Below are positions 9,418 to 19,768 of a stretch of DNA of 64,000 nucleotides, one piece after another. The first letter of the stretch is position 1; every line of letters starts with the position of its first letter. The translations under genes and the position numbers were made by a program. The DNA lies in assembly GCF_003057965.1 (NCBI RefSeq), contig NZ_CP020921.1:1538916-1602915 (forward strand), read 5' to 3'. The DNA is from Thermodesulfobium acidiphilum. GTDB taxonomy: Bacteria; Thermodesulfobiota; Thermodesulfobiia; Thermodesulfobiales; Thermodesulfobiaceae. Below the pieces are notes generated by a model. It had not been told where the DNA came from. It saw only the letters and a program-made list of their open reading frames with translations, and did not search any database.

Positions 9418-10680
9418 TTAATTCCCCCTTCCTGATATACTTTGAAGGGCTTTAAGCACTGAGCCTGTTGCTGAGTGCAAAGAGCGTATTACATCGAAGG
9501 GCATTACTGCTGAACCAGCAAGGTATATACCATCTGGTAAACTTTCTGGTTCTATGAAACCATCAGGAGTCTTTTTGGCATTAAAAGGTAAATTCCAGTC
9601 TGCAGTTGTTGGTTGCATACCTGTAGCCAAAACAACCATATCAAATCTTTCTTTATTTTTTGAACCTGCTAATATATCTTCTGCCTCTACCCATACATCG
9701 CCAGAAGGATCTGCTTCAATATTTGCAACTTTACCCTTTACAAAGGTTATATTCGGATTTTCCTTGACATTCCAGTAAAATTGTTCGTATCTACCAGGAG
9801 TTCTTATGTCAATATAGTAAATTGTAGCCTTTACTTCTGGATCCTGATCTAACAAATAGGTGCACTGTTTAAGAGATGCCATACAACATATATATGAGCA
9901 GTAAGGAAGGTGATTTTCATCTCTTGAACCAGCACACTGAACAAATGCAACGTTTTTAACAGGCTTTCCATCAGATGGTCTCAATATCTTTCCGCCTGTA
10001 GGTCCTGACGGTGATGCAAGCCTCTCCATCATCATATTTGTAATAACATTTGGGACTATCCCGAATTTCAAATTGTCAATTTTCCCAGCATCATAAGGCT
10101 GCCATCCAGTAGTTACAATTATTGAATCAACAGTTACATCTATAATTTCCTCTTTCATTTTTAAATCAATTGCATTATACTTACACACGTCAATACACTT
10201 TGAACACTTTTCGCCCAGGCAAACATTTGGATCGATAATTGCATATGGAGGATTGGCAAACTCAAATGGACTATATATGGCCTTTGACTTATTCATATTG
10301 AAATTGAATTCATTATCCTTTTCAACAGGGCAAACGTTAAAACATTCCCCACATAGAGTACAATTATCATTTACAAAACGAGGCATCCTTTTAAGAGTAA
10401 CTTTAAAGTTACCTTTTGAACCTTCAACTTTTAAAACTTCTGTTTGTGTCAAAATTTCAACACCCTTATTTTCCCTCATACGCCTGAAATTAAGTTCCAG
10501 ACCACATGTTGGAGGACAAAGTTTTGGAAAATATTTAGTCAACTGAGCTACTCTACCGCCTAAATAAGGATTTTTTTCAACAAGGTAAACCCCTACACCC
10601 GTTTCAGCGGCCTCAATCGCTGCAGTAATACCACTAATGCCGCCGCCGATAACCAGTACCTTTCCTTGAAATTCTATCAT
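9418..10680 (-). CDS. qmoA: QmoA (HdrA-like flavoprotein)
   Basis: GGGISG, KYFPKLCPPTCGLE, QCAGSRDENHLPYCS. Confidence 0.95.
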   Translation of the reverse strand: MIEFQGKVLVIGGGISGITAAIEAAETGVGVYLVEKNPYLGGRVAQLTKYFPKLCPPTCGLELNFRRMRENKGVEILTQTEVLKVEGSKGNFKVTLKRMPRFVNDNCTLCGECFNVCPVEKDNEFNFNMNKSKAIYSPFEFANPPYAIIDPNVCLGEKCSKCIDVCKYNAIDLKMKEEIIDVTVDSIIVTTGWQPYDAGKIDNLKFGIVPNVITNMMMERLASPSGPTGGKILRPSDGKPVKNVAFVQCAGSRDENHLPYCSYICCMASLKQCTYLLDQDPEVKATIYYIDIRTPGRYEQFYWNVKENPNITFVKGKVANIEADPSGDVWVEAEDILAGSKNKERFDMVVLATGMQPTTADWNLPFNAKKTPDGFIEPESLPDGIYLAGSAVMPFDVIRSLHSATGSVLKALQSISGRGN

Positions 10681-10708
10681 CTACCCTACCTCCAAATAAT
10701 TTAAAAAA

Positions 10709-10742
10709 TAAGTGCTGTGAGGTATTACCCCCACAGCACTTA
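10709..10742 (-). terminator. Hairpin/terminator between aprA and qmoA
   Basis: TAAGTGCTGTG...CACAGCACTTA stem followed by TTTTTT on the minus strand. Confidence 0.8.
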
Positions 10743-10769
10743 GTATTGTAATGCTTAATCTTATTTCAA

Positions 10770-12725
10770 TTAGTCTGGAATAAGCTGAACGTAATCTCTC
10801 TTGAATTCCTTAATTTCTCCGGTCTTCGGATCCATCTTAGAGTTAACAAAACATCTCCAATTTGCATCATCTATGAAATTGAAGTCTTCACGATAGTAGT
10901 ATCCTGGATAACGAGTTTCCTGGCGGAACAATATGTGCCTGAGGTGCATACGGGCCGTCAAGAACCTGTGATAGTTCTCCCATACTCTCATGAGTTGATG
11001 TAGATCCCATGCAGCCATCCTGTAGCTATCTTCTTCCAATAATTGCATATAGTAGAGTGCCTTAGTAAGAAGCGTTTCTGATGTAGAATACCAACCTATA
11101 GTGCCTGCAACATACTCATCCATTATCTTATTCAAACGGAAGAGGAACTGTTTTGGAGTAATATACTGTGGATTAACGGTGTATGGAGTGGTTGAAACTG
11201 TTTTATATTTCTCAAAGAGTTCCATGGGTGCATAAATTTCAGCTGCCAATTCTTCTGCCGTCTTGTCCACTGATGGGGTGTAATCTCTGTTGTTCAGAAT
11301 AAATCTTACTGCTTGCTTAGCTGCTATACGTCCTTCCGCATGTGAACCAGAAGAGAACTTGTGTCCTGAAGCTCCAACTCCATCTCCACAAGTAAACAAA
11401 CCGTTCACAGTTGTCATACGATTGTAAATTTTACCTTTATATTCCCAAACATATCCTGCTTTTTTCGTTGCATCGTTTTGCAGATCTTCTGGACCACAAA
11501 CCCAAAGTCCACAGCAACCAGCGTGTGATCCGAGAAGATACGGTTCGGCTGGCATAATTTCTGAAGGCATCTTGTCAGGTTCTATATTATTTCCAAGCCA
11601 TACACCAACCTGCCCAACTGTCATGTCAAGGAAGTCTTCCCAAGCTTCTGACTCAAGTTCTTTAGCGTGCTTTGCGTCAATTGTCTTTGCAAGTTCAGCA
11701 AGAGCCTTGTCTGTATTCATATACATAGGGCCAAGGCCTCTCTTGAAATCTTCGATCATCATATGGTTTCTAATACAAGTACCAAGGTTCTTATTATATG
11801 GCGCATATTTTTCAATATATTCCGTCTTTGCGCAGTAATCCTCACCTCTTGCATTTGTAGCAGTAGCCTTGAAGAGCAAAAACCACGTTCCTACAGGTCC
11901 GTAACCATCTTTGAATCTGGCAGGTACAAACCTATTCTCCATCATTGTAGCCTCTGCACCAATTTGGAAAGGCATAGCATATGTAGAACCAGCATTCCAT
12001 ACTGGATACCATGCGCGGCCCATTCCTTCAAGGACAGAACGTGGACGATATATGTGAACTGCTCCACCACAAGCGATAATCATTGCCTTTGCCTTTATGA
12101 AGTAAACTTTATTCTCACGAACGCTAAAACCTGCTGCCGCTGCAACTCTATTCTCTTCCTTTGAATCGAGTAAAAGTTTGACAATGAATACTCTCTCGAG
12201 ATACTCTGCTTTGTCATAAGATGCCATTGCCGACTTTGCAGCTTCTGCGACGATACACTTATACGATTCACCCGAAATAGCAACCTGCCAACGACCAGTT
12301 CTACGAGGCACGCCACCCTCTTCTAATTTCAAGTTCTTATCAGTACCTATAGCTTTCCATATTGGAAGCCCCCACTTCTCAAAAAGGTGTACTGAATCAT
12401 CAACATGACGACCAAGATCGAATACCAGATCCTCACGGATGATACCCATAAGGTCTGTACGGACCATTCTTACATAATCTTCAGGTTTGTTATCTCTTCC
12501 AATATATGTATTAATTGCAGAAAGACCTTGTGCTACAGCACCAGATCTTTCAAGAGCAGCCTTATCTACTAAAAGTATAGACACGCCATTTGGCTTTGCC
12601 CATTTAACAGCTTCGTATGCTGCGCCACATGCAGCCATTCCACCGCCAATGATTAGAAGGTCTACTTCCTTCTCTACAATGGCTGGTTTCTCACAATACG
12701 AGAATGTACAAGCTTCTCTTTCCAT
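10770..12725 (-). CDS. aprA: Adenylylsulfate reductase alpha subunit
   Basis: ERSGAVAQGLSAINTY, GRAWYPVWNAGS, ARFKDGYGPVG, GHKFSSGSHAEGR. Confidence 0.99.
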   Translation of the reverse strand: MEREACTFSYCEKPAIVEKEVDLLIIGGGMAACGAAYEAVKWAKPNGVSILLVDKAALERSGAVAQGLSAINTYIGRDNKPEDYVRMVRTDLMGIIREDLVFDLGRHVDDSVHLFEKWGLPIWKAIGTDKNLKLEEGGVPRRTGRWQVAISGESYKCIVAEAAKSAMASYDKAEYLERVFIVKLLLDSKEENRVAAAAGFSVRENKVYFIKAKAMIIACGGAVHIYRPRSVLEGMGRAWYPVWNAGSTYAMPFQIGAEATMMENRFVPARFKDGYGPVGTWFLLFKATATNARGEDYCAKTEYIEKYAPYNKNLGTCIRNHMMIEDFKRGLGPMYMNTDKALAELAKTIDAKHAKELESEAWEDFLDMTVGQVGVWLGNNIEPDKMPSEIMPAEPYLLGSHAGCCGLWVCGPEDLQNDATKKAGYVWEYKGKIYNRMTTVNGLFTCGDGVGASGHKFSSGSHAEGRIAAKQAVRFILNNRDYTPSVDKTAEELAAEIYAPMELFEKYKTVSTTPYTVNPQYITPKQFLFRLNKIMDEYVAGTIGWYSTSETLLTKALYYMQLLEEDSYRMAAWDLHQLMRVWENYHRFLTARMHLRHILFRQETRYPGYYYREDFNFIDDANWRCFVNSKMDPKTGEIKEFKRDYVQLIPD

Positions 12726-12756
12726 TACTTAACCTCCTGAAAAAATTTTTAAGTTA

Positions 12757-13194
12757 CTAAATTGTTGGTAAAGTGTCCCCACGCATATTATGCGTAAAGA
12801 AACCTGGCTTATCGAGATCAGCCATATTTGGATCGGCCTCAAACCCCTCATAAGGCTTAATTGAGCCTTCCGGAACAGTACGGATTGGGAATTTAAATCT
12901 CTTTACTTTGCCATTACGATACTTACATGTCCACATAATGTTATCAGATCCACGAAGTGGTATAGCATTTCCGCCAAGAGGCACAAAGTCTGCATATCCT
13001 CTTACCTCAATTGCCTGCTGGGGACAAATTTTCACACAGCTATAACATTCCCAACAATATTCTGGCTCCTGGTTATAGGCTTTCATAATTTCTCTGTTCA
13101 ATGTCATAAGATCGTTCGGACAAATATACTGACAGGCAGTCTTATCCTGTGCTTTACAACCATCACACTTTTCGGGATTTACCCAACTTGGCAT
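12757..13194 (-). CDS. aprB: Adenylylsulfate reductase beta subunit
   Basis: CDGCK..KTACQYICP, CWECYSCVKICPQ, KRFKFPIRT. Confidence 0.99.
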   Translation of the reverse strand: MPSWVNPEKCDGCKAQDKTACQYICPNDLMTLNREIMKAYNQEPEYCWECYSCVKICPQQAIEVRGYADFVPLGGNAIPLRGSDNIMWTCKYRNGKVKRFKFPIRTVPEGSIKPYEGFEADPNMADLDKPGFFTHNMRGDTLPTI

Positions 13195-13300
13195 ACTCTT
13201 TTCCTCCTTGTTAAATTTCTTAAATTATTGAAAATTTTATTACAAAGAAAACTTTTAAGGCATCTCACCTCCTCGAGAAGTTCAAAAATTTATTTTTATT

Positions 13301-13618
13301 TTACTTCCCTAAAGATTTTAAAAGATCTGGTATCACGTTTACATTCTTTTTTTCGATTACCATTGCAAAAATCTTATCAAGACACTCTCTTGGCAACAAC
13401 TCTACCGTTTGGGTAGAGGAGGTGTCTATTTTTGCTGAAGGATAAACCTCTTTAAGCTTTTGAGCTTGTTCGTATGTAATAGGAACTCTTAATCTCTTTA
13501 ATCCTGCAAAAGCCTCCTGAAGTTCAGGAATTTCAAGCATATTTGCTTTTTTTAAAGCTTCTTCTCTCTCAGGTCCAACCCAAAGTGATATTGTAAGTTT
13601 TATATCAGCGTTACTCAT
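13301..13618 (-). CDS. Hypothetical protein between sat and aprB
   Basis: Good SD (GGAGGTG), starts 5 nt after the sat stop; same position as the small ORF in the Archaeoglobus sat-ORF-aprBA locus. Confidence 0.85.
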   Translation of the reverse strand: MSNADIKLTISLWVGPEREEALKKANMLEIPELQEAFAGLKRLRVPITYEQAQKLKEVYPSAKIDTSSTQTVELLPRECLDKIFAMVIEKKNVNVIPDLLKSLGK

Positions 13619-13623
13619 TGTGA

Positions 13624-14883
13624 TTACACCTCCATTGGAGGAATCGTAAAGACTGGATTACGATTCTCAAGATAGTTATCATTTACGAAAGGTGAACCAA
13701 AACCATATTTATCTGCGCACATCATAACAGTATCAAATACCTCAGGTCTGAATATGAGCCTTGTTGGTTTAACGCCTTGTTGAATGATAGAACGAATTAC
13801 TGTGCCAGAAAACTTTTGTTTTTGTTTTTTGTGCCCATCAAATCCTTCATAAACGATCCCAGCGCAAACTGGACAATAATACCATTCTTTAGTTAGAACA
13901 GACTTAATGCCCAGATCTGGTAGACCTTTGAAGATCTCATGAGCACCATAGGTTGGATAATAATCACCAACGCCGGCGTGATCGCGGCCAAACATATGAT
14001 GAGTACATCCAAGGTTTTTACGAACTATTGCGTGAAATACTGCTTCTCTAGGCCCTGCATACCTCATATCCCAGAGAATCATTGACGTCATATGAACGTC
14101 TTCTCTAAAGTATCCATACTCTCTGAGAGCTGCTTGGCCAAGAACTATGCATTCGTCTATATAATCGCCCTTTCTCTTCTCTCCAACCACGCAAGAAACT
14201 AACACTGCATCTGCATTAGCAGCAAACCATGCACCCTTCATTAGCCACTCGTGACCTGTGTGGGGAACGTTTCTGGTTTGATGGGCTACTACTTTCGTCC
14301 AACCATTTTTCATAAATTGCATTCTTGATTCAGCCGGTGGGAACCAGAAGCGATCAAAGGGTGGATTGAAAACTGGAGGATTGATAAGGGTAATTTTGCC
14401 TCCCAAAAACTTAGCTTTGTAATCGTAAGTTCTCTTTACGCCAGGATGCTTTTCATCATCTGTTCCATAAACATGTTTAGCCATAGCAATCTTGTCATAA
14501 ACAAACATCTCTTCAACATCAAAAATTGCTAAAGGCTGTTCTTTATAGGTGAAAAGTACGCTATCACCCTTGGATATTCCATACTTCTCTATTTCTTCTT
14601 CTGACATGTCAAAAACAATTGGTATAGACCAAACGTATCCATTAGCTAATGTCATGTTATGAACTACGCTGTCTACATCTTTTGCACCCATAAAGCCTTC
14701 AAGCGGAGAAAAGAACCCATAAGCTATGCTTATGCACTCCCTAGCAATTTGCCCTCTAACCGGAATTCTTGCCTTTGCATTTTTTGCAAGTTCTTTCGCC
14801 TTTTCCTTATCCTCGACAACCCTATAAACAAGCTTGCCGCCATGAGGAGAAAGCGTGTTGTCTACTGCCACATGTTGACTCAA
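13624..14883 (-). CDS. sat: Sulfate adenylyltransferase
   Basis: PHGGKLV, FSPLEGFM, HQTRNVPHTGHE, MRYAGPREA, GRDHAGVG. Confidence 0.98.
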   Translation of the reverse strand: MSQHVAVDNTLSPHGGKLVYRVVEDKEKAKELAKNAKARIPVRGQIARECISIAYGFFSPLEGFMGAKDVDSVVHNMTLANGYVWSIPIVFDMSEEEIEKYGISKGDSVLFTYKEQPLAIFDVEEMFVYDKIAMAKHVYGTDDEKHPGVKRTYDYKAKFLGGKITLINPPVFNPPFDRFWFPPAESRMQFMKNGWTKVVAHQTRNVPHTGHEWLMKGAWFAANADAVLVSCVVGEKRKGDYIDECIVLGQAALREYGYFREDVHMTSMILWDMRYAGPREAVFHAIVRKNLGCTHHMFGRDHAGVGDYYPTYGAHEIFKGLPDLGIKSVLTKEWYYCPVCAGIVYEGFDGHKKQKQKFSGTVIRSIIQQGVKPTRLIFRPEVFDTVMMCADKYGFGSPFVNDNYLENRNPVFTIPPMEV

Positions 14884-14922
14884 TGCCTTTTACCCCCTTT
14901 AGAGTAATTTATATAGTATTTT

Positions 14923-15573
14923 TTAAACGACTGGATTAAGCTGAACAAGAATCTTTCTATATATTGCATTAATATCACCCGTACCCTGAACTACCCTTAA
15001 TATGCCTTTATTTTTATAGTATTCTATTAAAGGTTCCGTAGATTTCTGGTATACCTCAAGTCTTTTCTTAATGGTTTCTTCGTTATCATCTGCACGTTGA
15101 TATAGTTCTCCCCCACAAACGTCACATTTTCCCTCAACTTTTGGAGGAGAAAAATAGATGTTATACATTTGACCACATGATTTACACGTTCTTCTCCCTG
15201 TTAATCGCTTCATGAGATCTTCAAATGGGACATCTAATACGAGCGCCACGTCTAGAGGTTTGCCCAAATCACCAAGAAGAGAATCTAACTCTTTAGCCTG
15301 TGAAACATTTCTTGGAAAACCGTCTAAAATAAAGCCGTTTTCTGTATCAGCTTCTTGAAGCCTTTCCTTTATAAGGCCTATTACTACGCTATCTGGAACA
15401 AGTTCACCCTTATCCATATAGCTTTTAGCTTCCTTGCCCAGAGGTGTACCATCCGCCACTGCTTTTCTTAACATATCCCCTGTTGAAATCTGTGGTATCT
15501 TTAACTGCTCCACTAACATCTTCGCCTGCGTTCCTTTTCCAGCCCCTGGTGCACCTAAAAATACTAATCTCAT
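14923..15573 (-). CDS. adk: Adenylate kinase with Zn-lid
   Basis: [24 protein letters not shown], CxxC...CxxC lid. Confidence 0.98.
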   Translation of the reverse strand: MRLVFLGAPGAGKGTQAKMLVEQLKIPQISTGDMLRKAVADGTPLGKEAKSYMDKGELVPDSVVIGLIKERLQEADTENGFILDGFPRNVSQAKELDSLLGDLGKPLDVALVLDVPFEDLMKRLTGRRTCKSCGQMYNIYFSPPKVEGKCDVCGGELYQRADDNEETIKKRLEVYQKSTEPLIEYYKNKGILRVVQGTGDINAIYRKILVQLNPVV

Positions 15574-15956
15574 TAAATTGCCCCACTCCTTTCATATACT
15601 CTTTATCCCTAAGTATTCTCTAAACCCTATTCCTTGAAAATATATCTATAGATTTTTCTAATAGATTCATACACATCATTTATATCTTACTTTATAAAAC
15701 TATTTTTTACAATAGCATTAATAATTTTTTTATATAAGTTTTACTTATGCGAATATAAGAGATATTTATTTCTATTCTTTCTTCAACCACCCTTTTTACC
15801 CTGCACAATTAAATTATATATTCAAAATAATAAAAAGGTTCAAAATTGCCAGATAATACTTTAAAAATATAAAATCAGTTTGATTTATCTATTTAAACAA
15901 GTTTTAGAAGCATTTGAAAAATTTATTAATTACATTTGAATTTTTTTATAAATTAG

Positions 15957-17219
15957 CTAAATTTCTTCTCTTAAGTCAAAAACTCTCTTAGTTTTCTTCT
16001 CGCTTCTTGGCAAACCCCCAAATGCCAATAGTTCAACATCAAAAGTGACACCTGCTCTATCCTTTATCCTTCTTGATATCTTTTTCGATAAGTTTATGTT
16101 ATCTGGTTCTTTACACTCAACCTTCAAAATAGCTCTATCTTTACCCTCAAATCTATCCAAAATTATCTGGTATTCAGAAAACAATTCTTCAAATTCTCTT
16201 AAAACTACTTCTATTTGCGCAGGAAAGCAGTTTACACCCTTTATCTTAAACATATCATCAGACCTTCCAGTTAACCTTTCTATTCTTGGATATTTCAAGC
16301 CGCATTCACACAATTCATGATTTATTGAAGTGATGTCTCTAGTCCTAAATCTAAGAAGCGGAGCACCTTCTTTTTTGAAAGTAGTGATTACCAGTTCACC
16401 CCTTACCCCATCAGGCAACACTTCTAAAGTATCAGGATCTATTACTTCGAAATACATAAAGTCATCAAATACATGAATTCCGTTATGATATTTACAATCA
16501 AGGCCAATACCAGGCCCGTAAATTTCAGTAAGACCATATATATCAAATGATTCAATATTCAAAAGTTCTTCAATTCTCTTTCTCATACGATCCCCCCATC
16601 TTTCCGAACCTATTATTCCAATTTTTAAGGATATTTTCTCTCTTAACCCTCTTCTTTCTATCTCTTCTCCTAATAATAGAGCATAAGAAGAAGTTGAAGT
16701 AAGAACTGTAGATTTTAAGTTTAGCATCATTTCTATCTGTCTATCAGTATTTCCTGGACCAGTTGGTATTGTCATAGCACCTAATAATTCAGCTCCCAGT
16801 TGAAATCCTATACCAGCAGTCCATAAACCATATCCTGGTGTAATCTGAACTCTGTCATTTGGCTTTACCCCCGCTATTTCATAGCACCTCTTCATCATAA
16901 TTTTCCAATCATCAATGTCTTTCTGAGTATATGGTATTATGACTGGTTTGCCAGTAGTTCCGGACGAAGAGTGTATCCTAACTATTTTCTCTTCAGGGCA
17001 GGCAAGCATCCCCAAAGGATATGCATCTCTTAAATCCTCTTTTGTTGTAAACGGCAATTTAGAAAAGTCATTCATCGATTTAAAATCATTCACGTCAAAT
17101 CCTATTTCTCTAAACTTCTTTTTGTAAAAAGGGCTATTTTCTGCAATATTTTTCAAAAAACTTTTAATTTTTGCAAAGCTTGGATTCTCAACGCTCAACT
17201 CCCTTTCTTCTACTCTCAT
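15957..17219 (-). CDS. paaK: Phenylacetate-CoA ligase family protein
   Basis: RIHSSSGTTGKP, YGLWTAG, DIYGLTE, GRSDDM. Start set at the ATG after AGGAGG. Confidence 0.88.
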   Translation of the reverse strand: MRVEERELSVENPSFAKIKSFLKNIAENSPFYKKKFREIGFDVNDFKSMNDFSKLPFTTKEDLRDAYPLGMLACPEEKIVRIHSSSGTTGKPVIIPYTQKDIDDWKIMMKRCYEIAGVKPNDRVQITPGYGLWTAGIGFQLGAELLGAMTIPTGPGNTDRQIEMMLNLKSTVLTSTSSYALLLGEEIERRGLREKISLKIGIIGSERWGDRMRKRIEELLNIESFDIYGLTEIYGPGIGLDCKYHNGIHVFDDFMYFEVIDPDTLEVLPDGVRGELVITTFKKEGAPLLRFRTRDITSINHELCECGLKYPRIERLTGRSDDMFKIKGVNCFPAQIEVVLREFEELFSEYQIILDRFEGKDRAILKVECKEPDNINLSKKISRRIKDRAGVTFDVELLAFGGLPRSEKKTKRVFDLREEI

Positions 17220-17312
17220 ATTTCCTCCTCTTTCTTCTCTCAAGGTTAATGATAGAATTTAAAGATATTTAGTCAGATATGTCAATAGATAAAATTTTAA
17301 GGAGGTACAAAC

Positions 17313-19094
17313 TTGGAAAACAATAAAATCGAAATTCCCAAAAGAACTAAAATTGACAACAATTATAAATGGTCAATAGAAGATCTATATATATCTAGAG
17401 AAGCATTTGATTCTGATTTTAAAAAGGTAAAGAAATTTATTCAAGAAATTAAGAATTACCAAAATGGTTTAAAGAATAAAGAAAAAATTTTAGAATGTTT
17501 AAAATTTAGAGATGAAATTTCAAAAACTTTAGATAGATTATATACTTATGCACATATGAAATTCGATGAGGATTCATCTGTAGAAGAATCTCAAATAATG
17601 CTCTCCAACGTCCAATGGCTTTCGCAAAGCTTTGAGGAATCGATTGCTTTTATAGAACCTGAATTAATATCCTTAGGTAAAGAATTTTTAAATGAAATTT
17701 CTTTAGATCCTGTTTTTGAAGATTATAATTTTGAAATAATTAATCTAATCAGACAAATCCCGCACACTTTAAGTCAAAATGAAGAAAAGTTACTAGCAAA
17801 AACTTCTCTTCTTGCATTTTCCCCTTCCAATATCTATCATCACCTAACTATCAGCGATTTTGAATTTCCTGAAGCATTCGATTCAAACAACAAATTATAT
17901 CCAGTAACACAGGGAACATACTCTTTATATGTACATAGCAAAGATAGAATTTTAAGGGGAAGCGCATATAAATCACTTTTTGGAACTTATAAAAAACATC
18001 AAAATATGCTTGCTTCCAATTTAGATATGTCATTTAAATTCTTAAATTTTTACTCATCAGTAAGAAGGTATGAGTCCTCAATAGACTATTCATTGTTTTC
18101 AGATAACGTAAGCAAAGATTTTTATAAAAATCTAATAAATATTGTGAAATCAAATCTACAACCTCTTCATTCATATATAAAATTAAAATCAAAAATTTTA
18201 GGTTTGGAAAGGGTCAGACTTTTTGATCTTAACGTTTCATTGTTTCATTTCGAAAAGGATATTAGCTTCCTAGATTCAAAAGAAATTATAATAAACTCTC
18301 TCATGCCTCTTGGCAAAGAGTATATTGATTTAGTCCAAAAAGCTTTCATTGAAAGATGGATAGATGTTTATGAAAACAAAAATAAAACCTCAGGTGCATA
18401 TTCCACCTCCTGTTATGATGTGCATCCGTACATACTCCTTAATTATCACGGAAAGTTAGAAGATGTTTTTACTCTTGTACACGAACTAGGTCACGCGATT
18501 CACAGCGCCCTGTCAAACAAAAATCAACCATACTCAAAATCTTCCTATAGTATTATCTCTGCAGAAATTGCATCTATTACAAATGAAATGTTACTTCTGG
18601 AATATCTATTAAAAAATGCTTTAGATGAAACTGAGAAAAAATTTTTCTTAAATAAATTTTTAGAAAATACCAGGACCACTTTATATAGACAAATACAGTT
18701 TGCAGAGTTTGAAATGAAATTATCTGAACTAGTAGATAATTCTCAACCTTTAACCGCACAAAGTCTTAATAGTATATATGACAATTTAAATAGAGAATAT
18801 TATGGCGAATTGTTTGAAACTGATGAATACTCTGGAGTTGAATGGTCAAGAATACCTCATTTTTATAGTCCATTTTATGTATATAAATATGCAACAGGCT
18901 TTTCTTGCGCAAATTATTTTGCACAAAGGATTTTAAATAAAGATATAACAAGTTATATAAAGTTTTTAAAATCTGGCGGATCAAATTTTCCTTTAGAATT
19001 ATTAAAATCTACAGGATTAGAACTTGAAAGCCTTGAATCGGTAGAATTTACAATAAAGAAATTTAAAGAGAGGCTTAAAGAAATTTATATTTAA
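17313..19094 (+). CDS. pepF: Oligoendopeptidase F (M3B)
   Basis: HELGH, GAYS, HPYILLNY, WSRIPHFY. Confidence 0.95.
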   Translation: MENNKIEIPKRTKIDNNYKWSIEDLYISREAFDSDFKKVKKFIQEIKNYQNGLKNKEKILECLKFRDEISKTLDRLYTYAHMKFDEDSSVEESQIMLSNVQWLSQSFEESIAFIEPELISLGKEFLNEISLDPVFEDYNFEIINLIRQIPHTLSQNEEKLLAKTSLLAFSPSNIYHHLTISDFEFPEAFDSNNKLYPVTQGTYSLYVHSKDRILRGSAYKSLFGTYKKHQNMLASNLDMSFKFLNFYSSVRRYESSIDYSLFSDNVSKDFYKNLINIVKSNLQPLHSYIKLKSKILGLERVRLFDLNVSLFHFEKDISFLDSKEIIINSLMPLGKEYIDLVQKAFIERWIDVYENKNKTSGAYSTSCYDVHPYILLNYHGKLEDVFTLVHELGHAIHSALSNKNQPYSKSSYSIISAEIASITNEMLLLEYLLKNALDETEKKFFLNKFLENTRTTLYRQIQFAEFEMKLSELVDNSQPLTAQSLNSIYDNLNREYYGELFETDEYSGVEWSRIPHFYSPFYVYKYATGFSCANYFAQRILNKDITSYIKFLKSGGSNFPLELLKSTGLELESLESVEFTIKKFKERLKEIYI

Positions 19095-19215
19095 TTAATT
19101 AAATAATATAAGTATGTAATATATTAGGTAATATAAAATAAAAATATTGTTCAGAACCAAACAAACAACTTTTCTCGTGCTATTTATTTATTAATTAAAA
19201 AACTAAATTGATTTT

Positions 19216-19767
19216 TTAAGCAATTCTATACTTTTTTATCCCTTCTTCATAGAGATTTTTACCCTTTGTATCTATTACGACAATCACCGGAAAATTTTTT
19301 ACCTCAAGTCTTCTTATAGCCTCAGGACCAAGATCCTCAAAAGCAATAATTTCAGATTTAACAATACATTTAGAAATAAGGGCACCAACGCCGCCAGTTG
19401 CAGCAAAATATATTGCTTTATTTTTAATAATAGATTGTATGACCTCGTTAGATCTATTCCCCTTGCCTATCATCCCCTTTAAACCTAAATCAAGTAAACG
19501 AGGAGTATACTTGTCCATCCTATAACTTGTAGTAGGACCTGCAGATCCTATCACATAACCAGGCCTTGCAGGAGTAGGTCCAACATAATATATGAAGCTG
19601 CCATTAATTTCAAAGGGCAAATCTTTCCCACTATCAAGCGCTTCTATCATTCTTTTATGTGCTGAATCCCTTGCTGTATATATAATACCGTTTAGATACA
19701 CCCTATCACCAATGTTTAAACTTTCTAAAATATTATCCTTTACTGGAACATTTAAATTAAATTCCAT
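19216..19767 (-). CDS. Class I fumarate/tartrate hydro-lyase beta subunit
   Basis: TARDSAHKR, GSAGPTTSYRMD, IGKG, DLGPEA. Confidence 0.93.
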   Translation of the reverse strand: MEFNLNVPVKDNILESLNIGDRVYLNGIIYTARDSAHKRMIEALDSGKDLPFEINGSFIYYVGPTPARPGYVIGSAGPTTSYRMDKYTPRLLDLGLKGMIGKGNRSNEVIQSIIKNKAIYFAATGGVGALISKCIVKSEIIAFEDLGPEAIRRLEVKNFPVIVVIDTKGKNLYEEGIKKYRIA

Positions 19768-19768
19768 A

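Noticed and set aside
19095-19215. Very AT-rich spacer as an origin or repeat array
   Set aside because: No DnaA-box cluster or periodic repeat; ordinary convergent intergenic DNA
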